From positions 248,001 through 312,000 of the forward strand of contig AP026131.1 in the NCBI GenBank assembly GCA_030295235.1: a stretch of DNA of 64,000 nt, given 5' to 3'. This DNA comes from Fistulifera solaris (lineage: Eukaryota). Made by a program: the position numbers and the translations under genes. A model generated the notes under the pieces. That model was given only the letters and a program-made list of their open reading frames with translations. It searched no databases and was not told where the DNA came from. Of this stretch, positions 54,716 to 64,000 are shown one piece after another; the first letter of the stretch is position 1, and the number at the start of each line of letters is the position of its first letter.

Positions 54716-55527
54716 TTCTGTCGAGGAAGAATTTATTTGAGAATAATGTGCTCAAAGAGCACGCACAAACATTCTTGCAGTCTTACCTTCCCACAACCCC
54801 TCATCTTCCTCATGCGTTGCCATGGTTAATCGTATACGGAATGAAATGTTACTAACGAGAAAGGCATGATCGAGAATAGTATTTACAGAATTCAGACGAC
54901 TCGACTCTTCGAGTTATTTCGTTTTTCAACATCACACAAAAATTTTGTTTGCTTTCGGAAAAAGCCGCCTGCGACTGCGGCCGCGACCAAAACCTCTGCG
55001 ATGAACGGAGCATGTCACACCGCGCGCGCGCCCGCCGGTCTCTCGTCTACGTAGTGGTATTTACTATGACCCACAGTGTAGGCTCAATAATCCACGACTA
55101 CATTTCGGTCATGAGTCATGAATTAGAAGAATTGGGATATTACAACACTCACTTGCAAAATTTTTGCTTATTTCGCACCAAATACTTCACTTTACTTCCT
55201 GGTGCAAATTAAGCGTCGTGAATAAGTTTCAAAATGTGAAAGGATGTAAGCTTTCCAATGTCTACGTGGATTTCACGTAGGCTTAGTAAGGAAATTTATC
55301 GACAGAGGGGGTACCCGGAAATAGATCTGTAAGCGTCTGGCCTGGTACGGCGGAGCTCTCGCACTTTTTCGTGGTGACGAAAGTGCAACACAAACGAGAA
55401 AGTTGAACTTTTCGCTTTTCCATCGGCCATCGATGGATTGAAATGTAAACATTACTTTCCTCTTTGACTGAATGTGGATAAGCTCACAGATAGAAGAAAG
55501 GAACAAGAGCTTTGAGCTGCAAGCAAA

Positions 55528-56706
55528 ATGAATTATCTTCGCACCACACCTTTCAAATTGGCAAATGCCAGGACGATGTTGTCACGACGCATCAAATCCT
55601 CAGCTGCAACCGAAAAAGTTCTCCCCAAGACTGAAAATTCTGGCGTGCCTGTGGCTTCGTCCATGTTGGCCGCCATTCTTGGTATCGGAGCAGTCTCAGC
55701 TGCTGCTTACATCGTTGAGGACGTCACAGCCTCTTCAGTGCCTCCGTTTCACCCAAAGAGCCAACGCTTCGACCAAAGCAGCTTTCTTGGTCGATTTTCA
55801 AAGATGCTTTTGGCGTGCGATCCTCGTCTTCTCTTCTATACCGAGGCACAGGTCCGGGAATCACAGAAACTTCTTGAAAGTTACAAAGACCAGGATAGTA
55901 GCATGGATCGAGCGCTTTGGGAAGCTCAGCGCATCGTCAACGCGGCCCTCCATCCCGATACCGGTGAAGTCATTCCTCGACCCTTTCGCATGTCCGGCTA
56001 CGTGCCCTACAATGGGCCCATTTGCGTTGCTATGGTAGCTTCGACTTCAACCCCGGCTCTTCTCTTTTGGTCCTGGACCAATCAAAGTCAAAATGCCCTG
56101 GTCAACTATTTTAATCGCAACGCCTCCAGTCCCATGTCCAACGAGACCTTGGCCAAGTCGTACGCCGCTGCCGTCGGTTCTGCACTGCTAGTGGCATTCG
56201 GGCTGGCTACTTTCATTCAAAAGAAATATCCTCCTGCCCAAGCCAAGGCATTGTTGAGATGGGTCGCTTTCCCCAGTGCAGTCATTGCAAGCAGTCTCAA
56301 TTGTTATATTGTAAGAAGTCCGGAAATCGAATCCGGTGTTCCCTTACAAGATTCCAATGGCAATATTGTTTTGGAGGGTGCTACCTCCCAGATTGCTGCC
56401 AGACGTGGGGTTGAGTCGACAACAGCCAGCCGTGCCATCCTCCAGGCTCCCGTGTACTTCTTGCCACCCGCTTTGCTTTCCATGGGACCCTTGTCTCGAT
56501 TGGTGGCATCGAAACCAAGCCTTTCGGTTCCCTTGACAACATTTCTTGTCTTGACTGCGTTCGGTCTCGGTCTACCTGCTACAGTGGCCATTTTCCCACA
56601 AATGAGCGAGATCCCAGTGAAAGATTTAGAAGAGCGCTATCATCATTTACGAGATCCGGTCACACAGCAACCGTATACTACTCTTTTTTACAATAAAGGA
56701 TTATAA
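55528..56706 (+). CDS. Sideroflexin (mitochondrial tricarboxylate/serine carrier family)
   Basis: RFDQSSFLGRF, HPDTGE.IP.PFRMSGYVP.N, FW.W.NQS.NA.VNY.NRNA, A.FPQ, C-terminal YNKGL. Confidence 0.95.
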   Translation: MNYLRTTPFKLANARTMLSRRIKSSAATEKVLPKTENSGVPVASSMLAAILGIGAVSAAAYIVEDVTASSVPPFHPKSQRFDQSSFLGRFSKMLLACDPRLLFYTEAQVRESQKLLESYKDQDSSMDRALWEAQRIVNAALHPDTGEVIPRPFRMSGYVPYNGPICVAMVASTSTPALLFWSWTNQSQNALVNYFNRNASSPMSNETLAKSYAAAVGSALLVAFGLATFIQKKYPPAQAKALLRWVAFPSAVIASSLNCYIVRSPEIESGVPLQDSNGNIVLEGATSQIAARRGVESTTASRAILQAPVYFLPPALLSMGPLSRLVASKPSLSVPLTTFLVLTAFGLGLPATVAIFPQMSEIPVKDLEERYHHLRDPVTQQPYTTLFYNKGL

Positions 56707-56774
56707 GCTATTGTTTACTTTCGCTATAGTACGTATGATACTGCATTTCAGCTGTAGATAAATTCCTCCATCTC

Positions 56775-57095
56775 CCGAATGTCTGGAACGTCCACAGAAT
56801 TTCTGTATGAGGAAATACGTTGTTTTAGATTTTCTGGAATATTAGTTTACTTCAGAAGTATCAACCGAAATCCAAGCACCTGGGCAAACGTTTTACAAGT
56901 ATCGGAACTTCGGTCACCTCCCCTAAGGTTCTCTTAAGCCTCCTAGCCCATTGGAGCTTGTTAACTACTCCGTATCAACCAAACCAAAAGCCATAACCGT
57001 CTCCTCTGCATGAAATACACCTTGTCCAGAATTTCTGGACCAGTACACAGAATTCCTGTATGACAAGAACCATTTTCCAGATTTTCTGGAAAGCA
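56775..57095 (-). repeat. Dispersed degenerate copies of the CCAGAAATTCTGG family (reverse orientation)
   Basis: acagaatttctgtatga near 56794; tccagaatttctggaccagtacacagaattcctgtatga at 57025; tccagattttctgga near 57075. Confidence 0.7.
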
Positions 57096-57320
57096 ATGAT
57101 CGAAATTATTTTTCGCCGCGCACACAAAAATGACGACAAGCAATAGAAGCTATGTGCGTCTTTTATTCAACCTATAGGCAACCTACAATTAAAAAAGTAT
57201 TCACAATCACCGCTGCTCCAAGGAACGAGATCCAGTCAACTCATTTATTTAAGCACGATCGATTGTGCCGCACGCTTTGGAGGACATTCTTGTACGGACT
57301 ACTTGAAAAGACAATGAAAG

Positions 57321-59598
57321 ATGCAGAGACCGAAAGAAAATAATACTGGTAATGACTACCATGGCAAAGTCTTGAAGTTATCACAGGAAAGACTTCGTTA
57401 TCCCTGGCAGCAGCGTCTCCATGAGCCTAGATATTCGACGACAGCTAATTTACTTTCACAGTGCCAATCGACCGAGACGTCATTGCAACAACCGTCGCAC
57501 CTTTTTCAACCACCGAGAAAAGTTGACAGAGAGAATACGCACAGCAAAGAAAAGATTCGGGTACAAGAAAACGATCATAATCGTTTGTCCGTATTGCCTT
57601 CTGTGAGCAGCGATGAGCTGTCAAAACGTTGTCTTCCGTCCGACTCGACAACAGAATCTATGGCATTGCAACGAAAGAGCAAATATCTTGCTCAGGATGA
57701 AGCAGCATCAAATCAGCTAGGTGCTGCAACAGACCGGTTTCTTGAAGATAGTAAGAGCTGTGCTGTCAGAAGCCCCCGGATAGACTTTAACTCCACTAAC
57801 AAAGCCGATCTGGCAATGACAGCCCGCTCTGTAACATCGAACCACGAAAGCGCAAAGAACAGACAAATTCCAATCTCCCATATCCTTTCCCTTCAAGCTG
57901 CATACGGTAACAAAGTTGATCTTTATTGTGATGTGTTGAAAATCAAACCAAATGCAACGGAACGGCAGATCCGGATCGCGTACTTTCGCCAGGGTCGTTT
58001 GATCTTGACCTGATGATGAGCTTCTACCGGAATCCAAACAACATTTCGAAGCCATCAGTCTTGCCTACGAAATTCTCTCTCGTTGGAGAGAGCAGTATGA
58101 TTCCTGTGATTGTGACCTGAACCAGCTATTAAGTGGTTCGCGTCTAGAATCTGGTGAAAAGCAACCTGCCCCGCAGAATCAAACACCCATCCAAACCGCC
58201 TCTTCCGAGAAGACGGGTACGGGGATGCCGTCTTTGACGAATAAGAGTCGCGGCATCCACTGGAATGAAAAAGTTGAAGAATGGCTGTATGAACAAAGTC
58301 CTCAGAAATCTGACAATGCATTTATCGGTGAACAAGCTACCAGTATGGGGACAGACGAACAACTACAGCATCACCATCATGTGCTCAACAAATCAGAAAT
58401 CAATAGGGAGTTGTCAAACGATAGCGAGGAATTGTGTCAACCCGAAGCAAAGCATTTAGAATGTGCTACCGAGACTGCGCGTTCTCTGGCCAAACGTCTG
58501 ACAAATTTTGACCCTCAAACTGTCAACGCGTTTCTCGAAAGTAATGCTTGTGAAGAAAGCTTCGGCACTTTTGTTGAGTGTTCAAGTAAAAACGATTTTC
58601 ACTTGAATGATAGCCGAACTCCCAAGAAAAGCAACAGGACGAAAAAGTGCTACGAAGACTTTATCGTGGACCTCTATCAATCTTTGGAAAAGTCTTTAAG
58701 TCCGAACGACGTTTTGCCGCGGTCACCGCCCAAGTACCACGCGAATGATACGCTGGCTCGGAACCTATTTCAAGAAGACATTTCGCATCCGATGCCAAAG
58801 ACATCGAAAAGTAACAGTCGAGTCGAACAAAATGAATGTTGTGTTGATGAGTGGTCAGAGTTTCAGCTGAGCCTTGATGAGAACAGTCTTCGTTCCGCCT
58901 TTTCGAGAGACCCCTTTGCAGACTTGTATATCCCCTCACTGGGAAGCTCGGAGCTGCCACCAGAGTTCCGTCCGTCTAAGACGTCATTTGAAGCTCCGCA
59001 ACTGATTGTCGAAACAGAGCCTACAAATGAGAAGCAACCATTAGCTGATTGTCCTGCGGCTGGCAATAAGAAACCTTCCCAAATGCTCGACCGAACATAT
59101 CCAAAGGTCATTGTTTCAAGTCCTTTGCAGTCGGGGTACGATCACCCTAGAAAAACATCATCGTCACGTAAAGCCATCGACTTTCCGAAGGCTCCAGAGA
59201 TGCCAGTGGGAACCGTCAGGTTAAGGCGATTTCGGTCAAACTTGTCCACGAATAGCGGCATCACCTTTGAAGATACTACCACTGCTACTGGAGGTGCTTC
59301 CATTACCCCTCTCTGTGACGACGCCTTTTTGGATCACATTTCGAGTTACTTCAGTCAACTCGGCCTTGATATGGCTGAACTGGGCAATCGAGTCAATGCG
59401 GAGATGAACAAGATTGGCACGACTGTCGAAACGACCCTAACCCAATACTCGCATGATGCTTCCGTCGGCCTAAGGGATATTGGAAAATCAATGTCACAAA
59501 GATGGGAGCATGCTAACCAAGCAATTGATTCCTCCGTCAATTCCATGGCCGATGATGTAGGAAAAAATGAATCTCAGTTTATGGAAAAGCGGCCGTGA
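57321..59598 (+). CDS. Hypothetical low-complexity protein with degenerate DnaJ-like domain; frameshifted around 58010..58220
   Basis: DLY.DVLKI...AT..QIRIAYFR then F.AIS.AYEILS in the next frame; no HPD motif seen. Confidence 0.6.
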
Positions 59599-59949
59599 AT
59601 TTGCTTTCAAAAACATATCTATTAATATAAAGTAGTACTCCGGAGTAGTTATTGAATCTCGCAGCACTTCTCTTTGCTATTAAGTAGATTAGACTTGTGA
59701 ACTAAAGGTATCAAATAGACTAATAAGCCTTAGCGTTTCTACTCAATCGATACCGGTACGCCACGGGTCTGTCCTTCAAGGTGTAGGATTGTATTTTTAT
59801 TTAACTCTAAAACGTGCTCGCTACGCTTTCGCCATTTGCCGCGGAAACACAAACCATGTCCAATAACACAAGCCATTCATTCGTCTCCGTACGACCCTAT
59901 TTCATGTCATATTGAGTAAGCTGAAGTTGAACAAATGACCACAACTCAG

Positions 59950-61070
59950 CATGTTCGACCAAAAAGAGGGATTCGTCGGTCACCGCACCGACAAGCTCCG
60001 ATAGCGTGTCAACAGAACAATCATCAGTCAAGGGAATTTTGAAAAAGTCGTCCAAATATACGTCTTCTGGAGTTGCAAACAATGGAGCTTTAGCTGATGA
60101 TAATGCTGCGGATTCATTTCAAACAGCACATACCGATTTTTCTTCGAACAGGGCTACAATCGTTCAAGATTTCGTTGTCGAACGGCCGCGGCAACCGCGC
60201 ACGAAAAAGAAAGCCGAAAAATCAGAGAAAACGGACGAGCCGATTTTGTCGTTTAACTCCATCAGTGACTTGATGGAAGCAGCTGGATCACAATTACCAC
60301 CGCAACTTATCGAAGAGGGAGCCGTGGTCGAGGCCGGCTTGGAGTTTTCGTGCTGCGACCCGGTCGAATATCATGAGGAATCACGGGACGAGCAATACCG
60401 CGTGTTTCTTGGTTTGCAGGATGACGAAGAAGAAAAGCAAGTCGAAAACAAAGAGAATACGGATAGCTGGGATATTATGGACGATGACAATGATGACGAA
60501 GAAAGTGCCGTAGAGGCGCGGCAGTTTGCACGAGATCTTTTGGAGGAAGAGAAGAACGGCCCTAACTATGAAGCGGATGACTATTACAGCGATTCCGGTG
60601 AGGAAGAGGAATGCGAAGCACAACCGAAACCGTTTTTGGTATTATGGAAAGCATTGGCACAATGGATAAGCCCCGAAGCAGTGGCTTATGTGAAGCAAAT
60701 TCGTGATGGATTGTCGGAGGCACCGGTACCCGAACGAACGACCACGGTGAGCGATATTGAAGCCTCTCGCTGCTCCGGACTGTGGTCGACACTGCAGATG
60801 CATGTTCAGTCTTGTTGGATTTCGTTAGACGAAACAAGAGAAGAGTACCCGATTAGCCAGCAGCGATTGATTTGCTTGCTCCAGTTACTGGACTATCAGC
60901 ACCCCACCCCTTCCTTGTCCATAATTATGATAAAGGCTTTGACGTGCATTTTACTTGACACGGTTGCCTTATCAGGCTCGGCGTTGCCAGAACCATGCGA
61001 ACGCGCTGGTTTGCAAGAAGAAGAGTATCGCTATTTGGTTCGACAAGCTTTTCTTTCGTTTTCTAATTAA
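59950..61070 (+). CDS. Hypothetical acidic protein; C-terminus weakly resembles the plant RPAP2 tail; start unresolved
   Basis: 354-aa ORF; KGILKKS and PF..LW.AL..WI motif resemblance only. Confidence 0.5.
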
Positions 61071-61856
61071 TATAGACGTGTAATTTCCTCTTCAGTGAAC
61101 TACTTGGATAATTTAAGGATTACGGAGTATGGAGTTTCATTTACCCTGTATGCATTAGCCCAGCCTATTCGACTAAACTGGAAGACCTTTGGAAAGGCGG
61201 TGCTTGTTGCGTCGCCATGGATCCAAGCACTCTGAAAAGGCGTGTCGAGAGGGCAACGCAGCCTATTGCGTCACATCACATCTTGGCCTTGAAGGATCAA
61301 TTCAACAGTAAAAGTTCTGGCACTTTTAGAGAGAAGCGTCGGATATAGTCGTACCAGGTATAATAAACAGCTGAATGCCATAGCTCTAGCTAAGCGATTT
61401 AAGAATGGGCTGTGGGTGTGGTGGGATGTCATTATCATTACCAGGTATTTTCAAAACCGTATCGAGTCGTGTACCTCGACGAACGGCAAAATGGATGTCG
61501 CAGCGAGTATGACCAGAGTCATCCATACTATTGGATCTATAGTACAAGTCACGCCGAAAACGATCGGCATGACCAAAAATGGGGGAGATCGTAAACGCGT
61601 TTCACCACGACGGAAGCATCTCGGTGCAGGCGATGAAAGCGTGAAAGCGATGCGAAAAGACACTTGAAAACAAGAAATCGTGTTAGATACAGCAATCTCA
61701 ATCACCAGGCTTAACTTTAAAAGTGATAATCGACTAGGTTTATCGGAGATTTTCAAGTCAAGTAGCGGTTTCTTTGCAGTCATCATCGAATTGAACAAGA
61801 CCCTCTCTCAACCTTTTGTCGTTCAACAACACGCTCATCGACCTGTCTTATCAACC

Positions 61857-64000
61857 ATGTACGGAAATCACCCTTTGAGAAACGTTGCTCATATTCATGC
61901 GCACGACGTATTGTGTGGAAGGTACGTTCGATTCAAATGTGAATTGCCAGCGCAGAGATCTTTCGCTCTAACGAATCATCAATGTCTATTATTTCATCAG
62001 AGGAGGAGGAACAAATGCACACGTCGGAAATTCTCACTGGAGGATGCTGGTAGCTGCAAACAAGGAATTGTATGTTTCGCTACCGAAAAAGCAGAAGATG
62101 CTGTTGAGCAAGTCGATTGTGAACGCGGTGCGCAGTCAAAATCCACCGGGACGATTTTTGCAAAAGACAATAAAACGAACCTCTGGTACGATGTGGGCGA
62201 TCAACGTGCGCAAGAAAAAACATCACAGGCATTGCGGGAGGGTGCACCGGTGATTCGATCGAAGAATAACAAGGAAAGCGGGTCAGATGATGACGACGAT
62301 GGCGACGAACATTCGGTATCTCCGGAGAAAAGCCAGGCATTAACAGATGAAAAGAGTCCAAGAGTAGCACGCGTGCACTCCGGGAATATACCCGTTACTT
62401 CTCCTGTTGTTCCGGTTCAGCAATACTCAACACAAACGATGCCTTCTGGACCGCCTGTTTACATGAATCCAGCAAGCAACATGGGAATGATGTACAGTCC
62501 GCAACCGCCGCAGTATCCGTTCCCTTCTCCACACCCGATAAATCCACTTCCACCGCATGGTGCCCCGCCTGTCTATGCGCCCAATCACACGGTGGGTCCG
62601 TATCCTCCTATCATCTTGAATCCACATGGTATGCCGCACGGAATGGTCGCTATACCAGCTCCCGTCCCAGCTCAAGGACCGGTTCCGGATCGAAACCGGA
62701 AACAGAAAAGTCCGGCGAAGAAGAAAACAGACAAGGACGGTGACAGCGGTGATGACAAAGAAGTGGAAGCGAAAAAAGTCATCGAAAGCCAATTCACCGC
62801 AGCAAGAGTCGCATCCTCCTCCGTCACATCCGCCGCCTCAGCCGAGTCGATCGAGTCACAGCAATAACGGAACCGTTGAGCCAATTTCTTACGTTCGAAC
62901 AGACCCGCGATATCCACAACAAAAACCGTACCAACACACTCAGGCACAGAACGTTTATTATGAAGGAGAGCAATCAATACCTATGCCTCCATCACTATTG
63001 GAAGATCAAGTCGGTTGTAGTTTCGGTTCCCTTGCCATGTCCGAGGTAGAGCATGCTCGCTTATTGGATGGATCCGTTTCGGCGTACAATCAAGGAGGAA
63101 TGCCGCAGCAGCATTACAATGGGGCACAAAATCACTACACTCAGATACAACAACAACAATACTATGACAATTATCAATCACCGTACCCGGGTCAAGTGCA
63201 TCAGTACCGGCAAGATTCGTATTCATCTCAACCTCCGCCACGGCCACCTCGACAACAACAGCAGCAACAGCAGGAGATGCCGTCTCAATCTTTAATGCGC
63301 AACGACTACAGGAATGGTAGCGAGAGCAGTGACCTGGCTCCGCTACCAGTAGACGGTGGCTTGGATGGTGGTGTTGGCTTTTCGTTCGGATCCATTATGA
63401 GTTTAGAGGGACCGAAATTGGATGGCGGTGTTGGGCTATCGTTTGGATCTGCCATGTCGTATTCTATGCGAGGAGATATTGCGCCACCGGATGGGGGCTT
63501 GGAAGCCATTGGAACCAGTTTTGGTAGCATGTCATTGATGGAAAGCAGAACACAGCCAGTGGATGGAGGCTTAGACGGAGTTGGGACCAGTTTTGGATCA
63601 TTTACGTTGTCACAAGACAGAGACAAGTTGGTCGAAATACCCCCGCCAGTGCCGGCTGAAGATGAAGCTCTCTGTGCCCAGCCGCCGTCGTTCCGTCAGC
63701 ATAAGTCAAAAGGCAGCTTGCTCGAATGCAGTGATACTGATTCCGACGACGAAGCGTCAGGGAGCGCTAGAAGTGCTCGAAAATCTGCGGACTGGCAGAA
63801 ATTGCAAGACACGTGGGCAGCCCAAAAAATGCCCCCTGCCTCTCATATACCTCCAAATTTCGGTCCAGGGAGCTCGTCACAGAAACAAAACTACTACGAA
63901 GTTCCTCGCCACGTTCCTGCCACCCATTTGGGTCGTGACTTTTCTCAAATGTCAGCGATCAGCGTCGGCGATTTCAACGAGAACGATCATTATCAGGTCA
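61857..64000 (+). CDS. DUF6824-like diatom protein with P/Q-rich region and C-terminal repeats; intron 61922..62000; frameshifts; runs off the window
   Basis: HDVLCGR-GGGTN.H.GN..WR.LV, KM..S.SIV..VR...PPGRFL, W.DVGD..A.EKTSQALRE. Confidence 0.85.

Overview
Eukaryotic, gene-dense genomic window with short GT-AG introns, most likely from a diatom. This is inferred from plastid-type signal peptides with an ASAFAP-like junction, a DUF6824-like protein and other diatom-type hypothetical proteins. About 25 protein genes are recognisable: PP2C (partial), MORN, App1-like HAD phosphatase, DHHC, AP-2 mu, CWC21/SRRM2, TauE/SafE, two START-like paralogues, Yos1, a 2OG-Fe(II) oxygenase, Nudix, SET, SLC17/PHT4-type MFS, EamA, CAP, M17 aminopeptidase, DUF2214, TPR, GH2 beta-galactosidase, ATG9, sideroflexin, a DnaJ-like protein and DUF6824. 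Many carry single frameshifts, probably assembly indels. The non-coding structure is the most interesting part. (1) A ~3.5 kb array of ~52-bp units, each with two palindromic CAGA(A/G)ATTCTG boxes and a variable linker, with smaller copies in three other intergenic regions. (2) A ~320-bp GC-rich, tRNA-headed insertion (A/B boxes, T-rich tail, apparent target-site duplication) inside that array, a probable SINE or Pol III RNA. (3) A decayed, intron-containing piggyBac-like element whose inverted repeats end in CTAG rather than TTAA, lying between tandem paralogues. (4) A ~70-bp hairpin element present twice. (5) A 16-bp GC-rich motif shared by two divergent promoters. All family assignments come from motif recognition by eye; no database search was run.
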